Position numbers and translations under genes: made by a program | Notes under the pieces: model-generated | What the model saw: the letters and a program-made list of their open reading frames with translations, nothing else | Databases searched by the model: none | What the model was told of the DNA's origin: nothing | Shown here: positions 38,872 to 50,157 of the stretch, piece by piece | Position numbering within the stretch: position 1 is the stretch's first letter | Layout of the letters: the number at the start of each line of letters is the position of its first letter | NCBI GenBank assembly: GCA_965652295.1 | Contig: CBFGTS010000001.1 | Coordinates: 224,001-288,000, forward strand | Length of the DNA stretch: 64,000 nucleotides | Direction: 5' to 3' | From: an uncultured Haloferula sp. | GTDB lineage: Bacteria > Verrucomicrobiota > Verrucomicrobiia > Verrucomicrobiales > Akkermansiaceae

Positions 38872-40365
38872 TCAGCGTTTCATGGAGCCGGTGGCGAGGA
38901 ATCGCCGGTGGAACTCGAAGGCCATCTGGAGGCTCTGCGGCGTGTGCCCCTGCATCACGCCGTGGAGGTAGGCGTCGAGTTCCTCGCGATAGTCGGGATG
39001 CACGCAGTGGGCGATGATTTCCTCGCCGCGCTCGGTCGGATCCTTGCCGCGGAGGTCGGCGATGCCCTGCTCGGTGATGACGACCTGCACGCTGTGCTCG
39101 CTGTGGTCCATGTGGCTGACGAGCGGGACGATCGTGCTGATGTCGCCGCCCTTGGCGATGGACGGGCAGGTGAAGATGGAGATGAAGGCGTTGCGGGTGA
39201 AATCGCCGGAGCCGCCGATGCCGTTCATGAGGTCGTTGCCCATGAGGTGGGTCGAGTTGACGTTGCCGAAGATGTCGATCTCGATGGCGGTGTTGATGGA
39301 GATGATCCCGAGACGGCGAATGAGCTCGGGGTTGTTGGAGATTTCCTGAGGCCTCAGGACGATGCGGTCCTTGAAGTAGTCGAGATTGGCATAGACTTCG
39401 GAAAGCACCGGCGGACTGAGCGTCAGGGAAGTGCCGCTGGCGAAGGTGATGTCGCCCTTTTCCATGAGGGCGATGACGGAATCCTGCACGACTTCCGAGA
39501 AGAGCTGAAAGGGCGGGATGTCGGGGTGGGAACCCATGGCACCGAGGACGGCGTTGGCGATGTTGCCGACGCCGGATTGGATGGGCAGGAACTCGGGTGG
39601 AATTCGGCCGGCGCGGAGTTCGTTGGCGAGGAAGGTGGCGACGTTCTCGCCGATCTTCTTGGTGGTTTCGTCGGGTTCCTTGAAGGGTGCGACCTCGTCG
39701 GGAATGTTGGTGCGGACGATGCCGATGATCTTCCGTGGATCGACACGGACGGAGCGGCTGCCGATGCGGTCGTGCGCGGCGGTCATCGGGATCGGCAGGC
39801 GGTGTGGTGGATCGTAAGGTTCGTAGATGTCGTGGATTCCGCGCAGGCCGACGGGGTGGAACTCGTTGAGTTCGACCAGGATCTTGTCGGCCATGTGGCA
39901 GAAGGTCGGAGCCGCGCCGACGGAGGTGGTGAGGACGATCTGGCCGTCGGCGGTGACGTCGCAGGCTTCGACGATGGCGAGGTGGAACTTGCCGAGAAAG
40001 CCGTAGCGGACGTTCTGCGGCAGCACCGAGAGGTGCATGTCGAAGAAATGGGTTTTCCCCTCGTTGATGGATTTCCGCAGGGATTTGTCGGATTGGTAGG
40101 GTGTGCGCCACGAGATCGCCTCGGCGCGGGCGAGTTCGCCATCCAGTGAATCGCCGGTCGAAGCCCCGGTGACCACGCCGACCTTGAACTCGCGGCCTGC
40201 GGCGTGTTCCACCCGGGCGCGGGCGGCGATAGCCTTCGGGATGGCTTTGGCGGCACCGGCGGGGGTGAAGCCGCTGAAGCCGATGGTCATGCCGTTCTCG
40301 ACATGGGCTGCCGCTTCCTCGGGTGTTAGTTCGGGGAAGGTCCGGGGCGTGAATGGGTGGGTCAT
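38872..40365 (-). CDS. scpC: Succinate/propionyl-CoA CoA-transferase (acetyl-CoA hydrolase/transferase family)
   Basis: SGFTPAG, TGASTG, PYQS, DMHLS, QSGVGNIANAV, SEV.QD, NGIGGSGDF.RN. Confidence 0.85.
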   Translation of the reverse strand: MTHPFTPRTFPELTPEEAAAHVENGMTIGFSGFTPAGAAKAIPKAIAARARVEHAAGREFKVGVVTGASTGDSLDGELARAEAISWRTPYQSDKSLRKSINEGKTHFFDMHLSVLPQNVRYGFLGKFHLAIVEACDVTADGQIVLTTSVGAAPTFCHMADKILVELNEFHPVGLRGIHDIYEPYDPPHRLPIPMTAAHDRIGSRSVRVDPRKIIGIVRTNIPDEVAPFKEPDETTKKIGENVATFLANELRAGRIPPEFLPIQSGVGNIANAVLGAMGSHPDIPPFQLFSEVVQDSVIALMEKGDITFASGTSLTLSPPVLSEVYANLDYFKDRIVLRPQEISNNPELIRRLGIISINTAIEIDIFGNVNSTHLMGNDLMNGIGGSGDFTRNAFISIFTCPSIAKGGDISTIVPLVSHMDHSEHSVQVVITEQGIADLRGKDPTERGEEIIAHCVHPDYREELDAYLHGVMQGHTPQSLQMAFEFHRRFLATGSMKR

Positions 40366-40399
40366 GGCGGGTGGGCGTGTGTGGGTTTCTACTGGATCT

Positions 40400-41929
40400 C
40401 TAGTGACCTCCGAGCAGGGCGAGGAAATAGCCCGCGGCCAGGGCGGTGCCGATGACGCCGGCGACATTCGGGCCCATGGCGTGCATCAGCAGGTAGTTGT
40501 GTGGATCGGCCTTCAGCCCCTCGGTGTGGCTCACACGTGCGGCCATCGGCACGGCGGAGACGCCTGCGGAACCGATCAGCGGGTTGATCTTGTTCTTGCT
40601 GAAAAGGTTCATGACCTTCGCCATCAGCAGACCACCGGCGGTGGAGACCCCGAAGGCGATCACACCGAGGACGATGATCATCATGGTTTCTAGCCGCAGG
40701 AAACGGTCGCCCTGCATGGTGATGCCGACGCTGGTGCCGAGGAAGATGGTCACCATGTTGATGATCTCGTTCTGGGCGGCCTTGGTGAGGCGCTCGGTCA
40801 CGCCGCACTCGCGGAGGAAGTTGCCGAGCATGAGCATGGCGATCAGGGGTGCGACCGGCGGCACCAACAGGATGCAGAGGATGGTGACGGCGAGGGCGAA
40901 GATGAGTTTCTCCAAGCGGCTCACTTTCCGCAGGCTCTTCATCCGGATCTTCCTCTCCTCCTTGGTGGTGAGCAGGTTCATGATCGGCGGCTGGATCACG
41001 GGAACGAGCGCCATGTAGCTGTAGGCGGCCACGGCGATGGGTGCCATCAGCTCCGGGGCGAGGGCGTTCGAGAGGAAGATCGAGGTGGGGCCATCGGCCC
41101 CGCCGATGATGGCGATGGCGGCGGCTTGTTGGGAGGAGAAGCCGAGCAGGACCGCGCCGAGGAAGGTGACGAACACGCCGAGCTGGGCCGCGGCTCCGAG
41201 CAGGAGCATGCGTGGATTGGCGATGAGGGGACCGAAGTCGGTCAAAGCGCCCACGCCCAGAAAGATGATCGGCGGGAAGATCTCGAGGATCACCCCGAGG
41301 GAGATCCAGTGATAGAAGCCGCCGGCGTGCTTGCTGGCCAGCTCGGTCAGCTGCTGGCCGCCGATGACCGCGCTGCCCGGCGCCGGCGTGTCTGCGACGA
41401 TCCGGCCGGAGGTGGCGGCCCAGACGAGGTAGTCGTCGGGCGTGACCTGGATTTCGCCGCCGGCGTAGGGTACGGTGATCGCTGCGTCGGCGCGCGGGTT
41501 GCCGTCGTCGGTGGGAGTGGGCGTCTCCGGCTGGACGACGAAGAGCAACGATCCGCCTCCCTCCGCGAAGAGCTTCGCTTCCTTTTCGAAAAGGGCTCGG
41601 ATTTCATCGGCATCGAGCCGGATCATGTGGTCCGGGTGTTCGTGCGGGACCCGCTCGATGGTCACGGTGTCCCCTTTGTCGACCATGGAGGCAAGGACCG
41701 TGCCGGAAACCGGAGCCCGTACCGGGCCGGGGGGCTTCTCGATGAGGTTCTCGGTGGGCAGGTTCGCGAGGAGCGCGCCGAAGGCGATCGGGATGAGGAG
41801 CAGCGGTTCGAAGCCTTTGTAAACGGCGAGCCAAAGGAGGACGAGGACCACGACCCACATCACCACCATGCGCCATTCGAGGACTCCGAATCCGGTGAGG
41901 TGGACGAGTTGCTGGAGTTGTTCGAGCAT
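40400..41929 (-). CDS. mmdB: Na+-translocating methylmalonyl-CoA decarboxylase beta subunit
   Basis: FEPLLLIPIAFG, FPP.IF.GVGALTDFGPL, IIGGADGPT, AAYSYMALVP, GSAGVSAVPMAAR, HAMGPNVAG. Confidence 0.9.
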   Translation of the reverse strand: MLEQLQQLVHLTGFGVLEWRMVVMWVVVLVLLWLAVYKGFEPLLLIPIAFGALLANLPTENLIEKPPGPVRAPVSGTVLASMVDKGDTVTIERVPHEHPDHMIRLDADEIRALFEKEAKLFAEGGGSLLFVVQPETPTPTDDGNPRADAAITVPYAGGEIQVTPDDYLVWAATSGRIVADTPAPGSAVIGGQQLTELASKHAGGFYHWISLGVILEIFPPIIFLGVGALTDFGPLIANPRMLLLGAAAQLGVFVTFLGAVLLGFSSQQAAAIAIIGGADGPTSIFLSNALAPELMAPIAVAAYSYMALVPVIQPPIMNLLTTKEERKIRMKSLRKVSRLEKLIFALAVTILCILLVPPVAPLIAMLMLGNFLRECGVTERLTKAAQNEIINMVTIFLGTSVGITMQGDRFLRLETMMIIVLGVIAFGVSTAGGLLMAKVMNLFSKNKINPLIGSAGVSAVPMAARVSHTEGLKADPHNYLLMHAMGPNVAGVIGTALAAGYFLALLGGH

Positions 41930-41972
41930 GGAAGTGGAAGGGAAAAAGTGGAGGTGCGGGCGCGGGCGGGAG

Positions 41973-42362
41973 TCAGGCGATGACGAGGAGTTCCTGTCCT
42001 TCGTCCACCGAGTCGCCTTGTTTCACGGCGATCGATTTGACGGTGCCGGCCTGCGTCGCGCTGACGACGGTGTTCATTTTCATGGCTTCGAGCGTGAGGA
42101 CCTGCTGCCCGGCCTGGACGGTCTGGCCGATGGCGACATCGACGGACACGACGACGGCGGCGAGCGGACTGGTCAGGGATCCGTCGCCCGCGGCGGTGGC
42201 CGCAGCCTTCGGGGCCGGGGCGGGTGCCGCAGCGGGAGCGGCGACGCTGGCGGCGCGCACCGGCGTGCCGATGAGCGGCTGCACGGGGCCGCCTTCTTCT
42301 CCAAGAACCTCGACGTGCACGTCGTAGGATTTTCCGTCAACGGTGATGCGGAGATGTTTCAT
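41973..42362 (-). CDS. mmdC: Biotin carboxyl carrier (gamma) subunit
   Basis: Ala/Pro linker and LEAMKM biotinylation motif. Confidence 0.9.
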   Translation of the reverse strand: MKHLRITVDGKSYDVHVEVLGEEGGPVQPLIGTPVRAASVAAPAAAPAPAPKAAATAAGDGSLTSPLAAVVVSVDVAIGQTVQAGQQVLTLEAMKMNTVVSATQAGTVKSIAVKQGDSVDEGQELLVIA

Positions 42363-42402
42363 GAGATAAGTGATGATGGATGGAATGAATGCTTGTTGGA
42401 GG

Positions 42403-42756
42403 TCAGCGGACGCGGTGGGACGAGAAGATCTGGCGGCGTCCTTCGGAGGCCCAGCCGTCGCCGGCAGGAGCGACGCGGACGATCTTGTGCGCTTGGCCTT
42501 CCATCATGACCGCCACGGCGGCGGCGAGGACGGCAGGGATGGCGTCGTCCGCGGCGGCTTGAGGGGCGGGTGCGGGCGCGGCGACCGGGACGGGTGCCGG
42601 CTTCGCCCGGGCGGCGCGGCTGAAGCCGAGGCCGTTGAGGGTGATGAAGAGCATCAGGCAGCCGAGGACGATGAGGACCATGAATTGGCCCACGAACAGG
42701 AATTCGACCGCCTCCGTCAGGGTCGGATGCGGAGCAAGGTTGGCGAGAAGGTTCAT
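42403..42756 (-). CDS. mmdD: OadG-like membrane anchor (delta) subunit
   Basis: N-terminal TM helix, Ala/Pro linker, AVLAAAVA, W..EGR; position between the alpha and gamma subunits. Confidence 0.78.
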   Translation of the reverse strand: MNLLANLAPHPTLTEAVEFLFVGQFMVLIVLGCLMLFITLNGLGFSRAARAKPAPVPVAAPAPAPQAAADDAIPAVLAAAVAVMMEGQAHKIVRVAPAGDGWASEGRRQIFSSHRVR

Positions 42757-42774
42757 GGGAATCCGGAGATATGG

Positions 42775-44328
42775 TTAGAGTGGGATGTTGCCGTGCTTCT
42801 TGGGCGGCCGGGTATCGCGCTTCGACAGGGTGGCGCGCAGGGCGAGGGCGATTCGCGAGCGAGTGCCCGCGGGCGTAATGACGTCGGTGATCATCGCCCG
42901 GGCCGCGGCTTGGTAGGGCGAAGCGAACTCGTGGCGGTATTCCTCGATCAGTTTCGCCGTCATGGCCTTCGGGTCCTCGGCTTCCTTGATCTGCTTTCCG
43001 AAGAGAATGTTGGCTGCGCCTTCGGCACCCATGACCGCGATTTCGGCGGTCGGCCATGCGAGCACGAGATCGGCACCGAGGTCGGCGGAGCACATGGCGA
43101 GGTAGGCACCGCCATAGGCCTTGCGCATGATCAGCGTGATCTTCGGCACGGTGGCCGCGGCGTAGGCGAAGAGCATTTTGGCACCGTGGCGGATGATCCC
43201 GCCGCGCTCCTGGGCAAGGCCGGGCATGAAGCCGGGGGTGTCGACGAGGTTGACGACCGGGATGTTGAAGATGTTGCAGGTGCGGATGAAACGGGCACCC
43301 TTGTCGGAGGAGTCGATGTCGAGCGTGCCGGCGCGCACCGCGGGCTGGTTGGCGATGATGCCCACGACGACTCCGCAGATGCGGCCGAAGCCGGTGACGA
43401 GGTTTTTCGCGAAGTCCGGCATGATCTCGAAGAAGCTGTCGGGATCGACGAGGCGGTCGATGACCTGGAGGACGTCGAGCGCGGACTTCGGATTGTCGGG
43501 AACGAGCTCGTTCATCCCCAGGTCCGGCGTGGTGTTGATCGGATAGTCGAGATCGTGCGGCGGATCGCAGACGTTGTTCGCCGGGAGGTAGGAGAGCAAG
43601 CGTGCGGCGAGCGCCATGGCATGGGTGTCGTCCCGGGCGATGAGGTGGATGTTGCCGCTGACGGTCGCGTGGGCGGCGGCGGAGGCGAACTGCTCAAGCT
43701 CGGCGTTCTCCCCGGTGGCGGCCTTGATGACGCCGGGGCCGCAGATGAACATGTTGGCGTTTTTCTCCGTCATGATGAGGAAATCCATCAGGGCGGGGGA
43801 GTAGGCCGCGCCACCGGCGCAAGGGCCGGCGATCACCGCGATCTGCGGGACGACGCCGGAGAGATAGACGTTCTTGAAGAAGACCTTGCCGTATCCCGAC
43901 AGCGAATCGACGCCCTCTTGGATTCGCGCGCCGCCGGAATCGTTCACGGCCACAACTGGAATGCCGACATCGTGGGCATAGTCCATGAGTTGGCAGATTT
44001 TCCGTGCGTGGATGCGACCGAGCGAGCCGCCACTGACGGTGAAATCCTGGCTGTAGGCGGCGACCGGACGGCCATCGACGAAGCCGGTTCCGCAGACCAC
44101 GCCGTCGTAGGGCAGTTCCTTTTTCTCCATCCCGAAGGCGGAGCAGCCGTGCTGGGCATGCATGCCGAACTCCTGGAACGAGCCGGCTTCGAAGAAGACC
44201 TCCAGGCGCTCGCGGGCGCAGAGCAGACCCTTCTCCTTGCGTTTCGCGATCTTGTCCGGTCCGCCGGCTTCGCGGGCTTTCTGGCGGCGGTTTTCGAGGT
44301 CTTCCAAAAGTTTCGGGTCGATGGCCAT
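42775..44328 (-). CDS. mmdA: Acyl-CoA carboxyltransferase (methylmalonyl-CoA decarboxylase alpha subunit)
   Basis: DSGGARIQEG, GPCAGGA.YSPA, DTPGFMPG, RKAYGGAY, KKHGNIPL. Confidence 0.9.
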   Translation of the reverse strand: MAIDPKLLEDLENRRQKAREAGGPDKIAKRKEKGLLCARERLEVFFEAGSFQEFGMHAQHGCSAFGMEKKELPYDGVVCGTGFVDGRPVAAYSQDFTVSGGSLGRIHARKICQLMDYAHDVGIPVVAVNDSGGARIQEGVDSLSGYGKVFFKNVYLSGVVPQIAVIAGPCAGGAAYSPALMDFLIMTEKNANMFICGPGVIKAATGENAELEQFASAAAHATVSGNIHLIARDDTHAMALAARLLSYLPANNVCDPPHDLDYPINTTPDLGMNELVPDNPKSALDVLQVIDRLVDPDSFFEIMPDFAKNLVTGFGRICGVVVGIIANQPAVRAGTLDIDSSDKGARFIRTCNIFNIPVVNLVDTPGFMPGLAQERGGIIRHGAKMLFAYAAATVPKITLIMRKAYGGAYLAMCSADLGADLVLAWPTAEIAVMGAEGAANILFGKQIKEAEDPKAMTAKLIEEYRHEFASPYQAAARAMITDVITPAGTRSRIALALRATLSKRDTRPPKKHGNIPL

Positions 44329-44341
44329 GGTCGTGGTGGGT

Positions 44342-44755
44342 TCAGGCTCCGGCAGGTTTCGACATGCAGAATTCGGTGAGCACGCCGTGGGTGGATTTCG
44401 GGTGAAGGAAGGCGACGAGTTTGTTGGCCGCGCCTTCGAAGGGGACTTCGTGGATCAGTCGGATGCCGCTCTCCGCGGCCTTGCCGAGCTGGGCGTCGAT
44501 GTCATCGGTGCGGAAAGCGATATGGTGGATGCCTTCGCCGTTCTTCTCCAGGAACTTCGTGATCGGGCTTTCGTCGGAGGTCGGTTCGAGCAGTTCGAGA
44601 TGAACGCCCCCGCAGTCGAAGAACGCGGTGCGGACCTTCTGGGATTCGACTTCTTCACGGCCATGACAATGCAGGCCGAGGGACTCTTCGTAGTAGCGGC
44701 AGGCCTCGTCCAGATTGCGGACGGCGATGCCGAGGTGATCGATTTGCTGGATCAT
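44342..44755 (-). CDS. mce: Methylmalonyl-CoA epimerase
   Basis: IDHLGIAV, LELLEP, GEGIHHIAF, FLHPKSTHGVLTE. Confidence 0.95.
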   Translation of the reverse strand: MIQQIDHLGIAVRNLDEACRYYEESLGLHCHGREEVESQKVRTAFFDCGGVHLELLEPTSDESPITKFLEKNGEGIHHIAFRTDDIDAQLGKAAESGIRLIHEVPFEGAANKLVAFLHPKSTHGVLTEFCMSKPAGA

Positions 44756-45377
44756 AAAAACGGGTCGGTCAGACGTTCAGCGGAACCTTTCCTTCCGGAA
44801 GCCGGCGTCCAATTGCCGGGCCACCCAATCCTCGATCCGGCCCATCGACCGCGCTTCACCACTGGTGGTTTCCTCCCTCGGGAAGTTCACGCCCCGACCT
44901 TCGCCGAGACCCGATCCGGGGCCAAGTTCCGTCCCTCCGCCTAAACTCGGATAACCGTCGCATATGCTCCGATGGAGGTCTCGGATGTACGGGAAATGCC
45001 ATAATTCACGCGGATTTTGAGGGGGTGGCGCGGGCCTCCAGGTTTGCGGGAGGCGTTCCGGCTTTTAGCCGGATGGAAGAGATGAAGGGGTTGACGCCGG
45101 GGTGGGTTGGCTACCAAACGAAGAAGTCGAGGATGTCCTGAGGTCTCCCGGATCGGGAGCGCGCTGTCTTGCCATGGCAGCGAGGCGTCCGGCGTCCGTA
45201 CTCTGGGAAGAGTGCGGGCCTTTCGCAAACCTGGAGGTTTGCGCCACGGCATTTCGTGCGCGGCTTTTCGGACTGGACGGGATGAGGAACTCGCGCGCGT
45301 GGAGGATATCTACCCACGCGTCGCCATTACGGTCGGCCGCGAGCGAGACACCTCAATCTTCTGCGCCCAGTCACGCC

Positions 45378-47534
45378 ATGAGTTCCACTGAAACCCCTGT
45401 TGCTCCGCCTGCTCCTTCTGCGTTCCCATCCAGCACCGAGGCCGAATGGAGAGTCGCCGCCGAAGCCCTTCTCAAGGGCGCTCCCTTCGACAAGGTGATG
45501 CGCACACCGACGCCGGAGGGCATCACGCTCGAGCCGATCTACCGCCGCGAGGTGTTGGATGGAATCCCGGCCGCTTCCGCGCTCCCCGGCACCGATGGTT
45601 GCCTGCGAGGCACGCGTGTGGAAGGGTACCGGGTGGAGCCGTGGGAGATCGCCCAGGAGCTTCCGTATGGCGCCCCTGCGGAATTCAACCGCGCCCTGCT
45701 CGCCGATCTCGCGCGCGGATTGAACTGCGTGAACGTGCTGCTCGACATCGCCACCGTGAATGGTCGCGACCCCGATTCGGCACCAGCCGGAGAGGTCGGT
45801 GCCTGCGGTCTTTCGCTCGCCTCGCTCGAAGACGCGGAGCGGGCCTTCGCCAACGTGGTGCCCGATGCGGTTTCGTTCCATTTCCAGCCCGGTTGTGGTG
45901 CGCTGCCGGTGCAGGCTCTTTTCAAAGCGTGGCTCCGGCGCAAGGGCGCGGATCCGAATAAGGTCCGCGGCGCGTTGAACATGGATCCGCTCGCGATGCT
46001 CGCCGCATCCGGATCGCTGCCGACCTCCCTCAAACAGTGCTACGATGAGATGGCTGCCCTGGTGCGCGATCAACTCGCCACGATGCCCGGCTTTTCCGCC
46101 GTCGGCGTGAGCACGCTGCCGGCCCACGGCGCGGGGGCCAGCGCGGTGCAGGAGCTCGGCATCGCGCTCGCCACCGGCCTCGCCTACATCCGCGCGCTCA
46201 CCGAGCGCGGCCTGACGGTCGATGAGGCGGCGTCGCAGACCTGCTTCACGTTCTCGATCGGCGGAAACTTCTTTATGGAACTAGCAAAGTTCCGCGCGTT
46301 CCGGCCGCTGTGGGCGAGCGTCGTCCAATCGCTCGGCGGCAGCGTGGAGTCGGCGAAACCCCGCGTCCACGGCCGCACCGGCCTCTATAACAAGACGCGG
46401 CACGATCCTTATGTGAACATGCTGCGCACCACCACCGAGGCGCTTTCCGGCGTGCTCGGCGGCGTCGACAGTCTGTGCGTCGGCACCTTCGATGAGTGCC
46501 TGCGCGTGCCCGATGAGTTCTCACGGCGGATCGCGCGCAACACGCAGATCATCCTTCAGGAGGAGTGCGAGATTCCCGCCGTGGTCGATCCTGCCGGCGG
46601 TTCATGGTTCGTGGAATGGCTGACCGATCAGGTGGCGCGCAAGTCGTGGGAGGAATTTCAGGCGATCGAGAAGGAGGGCGGGATGGAGAAGGCGCTTGAG
46701 TCCGGAGCGCTCCAATCGTCCGTTTCCAAGATTCACGTCGGCCGCGAAAAGTTGCTCTCGCAGCGTCGCATGTCGCTGGTGGGCACGAACCAGTATCCCG
46801 ATATTGCCGAGAAACCGCTGGCCGAGCGCGGGTGTGACTTCGTCGCGTTGCGCGAAAAACGCGCCAAGGAGCTCGCGGCCCTGCGCACCGGCGCGGATGC
46901 CCAGACGGATGCCGAGGTCATGGAGCGTCTCGCGGCCTTGCTCGAAGGAGAGGGAAAGGACCTGCTGCCCGGACTCGTCGAGGCCGTGCTGGCCGGGGCC
47001 ACCATCGGGGAAATTACGCGGGCGCTCCGGGCCGGAGCGGGCGAGCCTCCGGTGGTCGATCCCCTGCCATCGGGTCGCCTGGCGGTGATGTACGAAGAGC
47101 TCCGTAATGCATCGGATGCGTTCAAGTCAGCCACCGGGAAAGGTCCGATGATCCACCTGGCGACCTGCGGCGTGCTTCGTCGCCACAAGGCTCGTGCCGA
47201 TTTCACCCGCTCGTTTTTCGCCACCGGCGGCTTCGAGTGTCACTATGCGGAGGGCTCCGCCGAGCCTGCCGAGGTGACTTCCCGCGCGCTCGCCTCCGGG
47301 GCGAGGGTGGTGGTGATCTGCGGCCATGATGACGATTACCCGGACTTCGTTCCCGCCATCGCCGCAGCGATCAAGGAAGCCGACGCCGGGATCAGCGTGA
47401 TCCTCGCCGGCCATCCGGGAGATCGCGAGGCGGCCTACCGTGAGGCCGGACTCGATGACTTCATCTTCGTCAAGTCGAACAACTACGAGACCAATCGTAG
47501 ATACCTCTCCCGGATCGGAGTCCTCGAAGCCTGA
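45378..47534 (+). CDS. mutA: Methylmalonyl-CoA mutase small (beta) subunit
   Basis: [41 protein letters not shown]; lacks the DxHxxG motif. Confidence 0.9.
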   Translation: MSSTETPVAPPAPSAFPSSTEAEWRVAAEALLKGAPFDKVMRTPTPEGITLEPIYRREVLDGIPAASALPGTDGCLRGTRVEGYRVEPWEIAQELPYGAPAEFNRALLADLARGLNCVNVLLDIATVNGRDPDSAPAGEVGACGLSLASLEDAERAFANVVPDAVSFHFQPGCGALPVQALFKAWLRRKGADPNKVRGALNMDPLAMLAASGSLPTSLKQCYDEMAALVRDQLATMPGFSAVGVSTLPAHGAGASAVQELGIALATGLAYIRALTERGLTVDEAASQTCFTFSIGGNFFMELAKFRAFRPLWASVVQSLGGSVESAKPRVHGRTGLYNKTRHDPYVNMLRTTTEALSGVLGGVDSLCVGTFDECLRVPDEFSRRIARNTQIILQEECEIPAVVDPAGGSWFVEWLTDQVARKSWEEFQAIEKEGGMEKALESGALQSSVSKIHVGREKLLSQRRMSLVGTNQYPDIAEKPLAERGCDFVALREKRAKELAALRTGADAQTDAEVMERLAALLEGEGKDLLPGLVEAVLAGATIGEITRALRAGAGEPPVVDPLPSGRLAVMYEELRNASDAFKSATGKGPMIHLATCGVLRRHKARADFTRSFFATGGFECHYAEGSAEPAEVTSRALASGARVVVICGHDDDYPDFVPAIAAAIKEADAGISVILAGHPGDREAAYREAGLDDFIFVKSNNYETNRRYLSRIGVLEA

Positions 47535-47563
47535 ATTTGAAACCCTTCTTTTCCCACGAAATC

Positions 47564-49729
47564 ATGAACCAAGTCGATTTCACCACGCTGCCCTACGAAG
47601 CGCCGACGCCGAGCGCTGACGCCGCTTCCTGGAGCGCTTCCGTCTCCGCCGCCACCGGCAGGTCGCCGGATGCCCTCGTCACCGAAACGATGGAACGCAT
47701 CCCCGTGAAGCCGCTCTACACCGCGGCGGATTACGAGGGGATGACCCACCTCGACTACACCGCCGGGCTGCCTCCTTTTCTGCGCGGACCCTATGCCACG
47801 ATGTATGTCTTCCGCCCTTGGACGGTGCGCCAGTACGCCGGCTTCTCGACCGCGGAGGAGTCGAACGCGTTCTACCGTCGCAACATCGCGGCGGGTCAGC
47901 AGGGCCTCTCGGTGGCCTTCGATCTGGCGACGCACCGCGGCTACGACAGCGACCACCCGCGGGTCGTCGGCGATGTCGGCAAGGCAGGCGTGGCGATCGA
48001 TTCTGTCGAGGACATGAAGGTGCTCTTCGACTCCATCCCGCTCGATCGCGTCTCGGTTTCCATGACGATGAACGGCGCGGTGATTCCGGTGCTGGCCTTC
48101 TACATCGTCGCCGCGCTGGAGCAGGGCTGCTCGCTCGATCAGCTCAGCGGAACGATCCAGAACGACATCCTGAAGGAGTTCATGGTGCGGAACACCTACA
48201 TCTATCCACCCGCGCCCTCGATGCGGATCATCGGTGACATCTTTTCCTACACCTCGCGGAAAATGCCGAAGTTCAACTCGATCTCGATCTCCGGCTACCA
48301 CATGCAGGAGGCCGGGGCCACGGCGGACCTGGAAATGGGCTACACTCTTGCCGACGGACTGGAGTACCTCCGGACGGGCGTCAACTCAGGGCTCGATATC
48401 GATGCCTTCGCGCCGCGGCTGTCGTTCTTCTGGGCCATCGGGAAGAACTACTTCATGGAGATCGCCAAGATGCGCGCCGCGCGCGTGCTGTGGTCTCGCA
48501 TCGTCAGCCAATTCCATCCGAAGAGCCCCAAGTCCCTCGCGTTGCGGACACACTCGCAGACGTCCGGCTGGTCGCTCACCGAGCAGGACCCGTTCAACAA
48601 CGTTGTTCGCACCGCCATCGAAGCGATGGCCTCGGCCTGCGGCCACACGCAATCGCTGCACACCAACGCACTCGACGAAGCGATTGCGCTGCCGACCGAT
48701 TTCTCCGCCCGCATCGCGCGGAACACCCAGCTCTTCCTTCAGGAGGAAACCGGCATCTGCAAGGTCATCGACCCGTGGGGCGGCAGCTACTACGTCGAGT
48801 CGCTGACCCGTGCGCTGATGGACAAGGCGTGGGCGCACATCGAGGAGGTGGAAAAACTCGGCGGCATGACCAAGGCGATCGAGGAAGGAATTCCGAAGCT
48901 GCGCATCGAGGAAGCCGCCGCCCGCCGCCAGGCGCGGATCGACAGCGGCAAGGAAACGATCGTCGGGCTCAACAAGTACCGCCTCGGAAAGGAAGAGCCG
49001 CTCGACATCCTCGACATCGACAACTCCGCGGTGCGCGTCTCGCAGATCCGCCGGATCGAGCAGATCCGCAAGACCCGCGACGCCGATGCCTGCCGTCAGG
49101 CGCTGGAGGCGATCACCCGCTGCGCGGAAACGGGCGAGGGCAACCTGCTCGAACTCGCGGTCGCCGCGGCCCAGGCACGGGCGACGCTCGGCGAGATCTC
49201 GGATGCCATGGAGTCGGTTTTCGGTCGCTACAAGGCGCGCATCCGCTCGATTTCGGGCGTGTACACGAAGGAATTCGGAACCGATCCTACGATGACTACC
49301 GTAAAAGAATTGATCGCGAAATTCGAGCAGGCGGAAGGCCGTCGGCCGCGGATTCTGATCGCGAAGATGGGTCAGGACGGCCACGACCGGGGGGCCAAGG
49401 TGGTCGCCACCGCCTACGCCGACCTGGGTTTCGATGTCGATATCGGGCCGCTTTTCCAAACGCCGGAAGAGACGGCGCGGCAGGCGGTGGAGAATGACGT
49501 CCACGTGGTGGCCATGAGTTCGCTTGCCGCCGGTCACAAGACATTGCTGCCCGAGCTGGTGGCGGAACTCGCGAAGCTGGGGCGCGACGACATCATGGTC
49601 GTCTGCGGCGGCGTGATCCCGGCGCAGGACTACGAGTTCCTGCTTTCCAACGGCGCGAGCGCGATCTTCGGGCCCGGCACGGTGATTCCGGAGTCGGCCA
49701 AGCGGATCCTTGAACTCCTCCTTGCTTGA
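47564..49729 (+). CDS. scpA: Methylmalonyl-CoA mutase large (B12-binding) subunit
   Basis: [46 protein letters not shown]. Confidence 0.97.
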   Translation: MNQVDFTTLPYEAPTPSADAASWSASVSAATGRSPDALVTETMERIPVKPLYTAADYEGMTHLDYTAGLPPFLRGPYATMYVFRPWTVRQYAGFSTAEESNAFYRRNIAAGQQGLSVAFDLATHRGYDSDHPRVVGDVGKAGVAIDSVEDMKVLFDSIPLDRVSVSMTMNGAVIPVLAFYIVAALEQGCSLDQLSGTIQNDILKEFMVRNTYIYPPAPSMRIIGDIFSYTSRKMPKFNSISISGYHMQEAGATADLEMGYTLADGLEYLRTGVNSGLDIDAFAPRLSFFWAIGKNYFMEIAKMRAARVLWSRIVSQFHPKSPKSLALRTHSQTSGWSLTEQDPFNNVVRTAIEAMASACGHTQSLHTNALDEAIALPTDFSARIARNTQLFLQEETGICKVIDPWGGSYYVESLTRALMDKAWAHIEEVEKLGGMTKAIEEGIPKLRIEEAAARRQARIDSGKETIVGLNKYRLGKEEPLDILDIDNSAVRVSQIRRIEQIRKTRDADACRQALEAITRCAETGEGNLLELAVAAAQARATLGEISDAMESVFGRYKARIRSISGVYTKEFGTDPTMTTVKELIAKFEQAEGRRPRILIAKMGQDGHDRGAKVVATAYADLGFDVDIGPLFQTPEETARQAVENDVHVVAMSSLAAGHKTLLPELVAELAKLGRDDIMVVCGGVIPAQDYEFLLSNGASAIFGPGTVIPESAKRILELLLA

Positions 49730-49749
49730 AATCCGAATCCATCGAACCC

Positions 49750-50157
49750 ATGTCCCAAGACACCACCGCCAACCTCGCCTACCTGCTGGAAACCAAGAAA
49801 ATGGACAGTGCCCGTCCCGCCGTGATCATCGGCGAGGCCTGTGACTGGCTGAAGGCGCAGCTCCACGAGGCCAACGTCAGCTATCATTTCACCGACAGCG
49901 GCGTGCAGGAGCACGGCGGCTACGGCTATTTCCAGATCAAGGCGCTCTTCAAATCCACACCGATCACGCTGCACATCAAGATCGCGGAGATCCACGAGCG
50001 TCCGTTCTGCTTCGCGGACATCCGCGTGCGTGGCCAGCACGAGCGGCTGTTGTTTCCGTTCTTCGGCGAAATTGGTTCCGACGACGGGCGTCTGACGATC
50101 CTGCACTACACGGCGGACTTCCTGCTTTCGACCACGCAGGACGTGACGGCGATGTGA
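49750..50157 (+). CDS. Hypothetical protein within the mutase operon
   Basis: 135 aa with strongly GC3-biased codons, starting 20 nt after the mutase stop. Confidence 0.7.
   Translation: MSQDTTANLAYLLETKKMDSARPAVIIGEACDWLKAQLHEANVSYHFTDSGVQEHGGYGYFQIKALFKSTPITLHIKIAEIHERPFCFADIRVRGQHERLLFPFFGEIGSDDGRLTILHYTADFLLSTTQDVTAM

Noticed and set aside
44789..44800. TTCC-GGAA-GGAA hairpin (minus strand) resembling SRP RNA domain IV
   Set aside because: It lacks the flanking CAGG and AGCAG internal-loop residues.
45190..45230. CTGGGAAG as a possible cobalamin riboswitch B12 box
   Set aside because: No GCCACTG partner, no AGGGAA..GGTG..AATCC core and no AGYCAGRAGACC element nearby.
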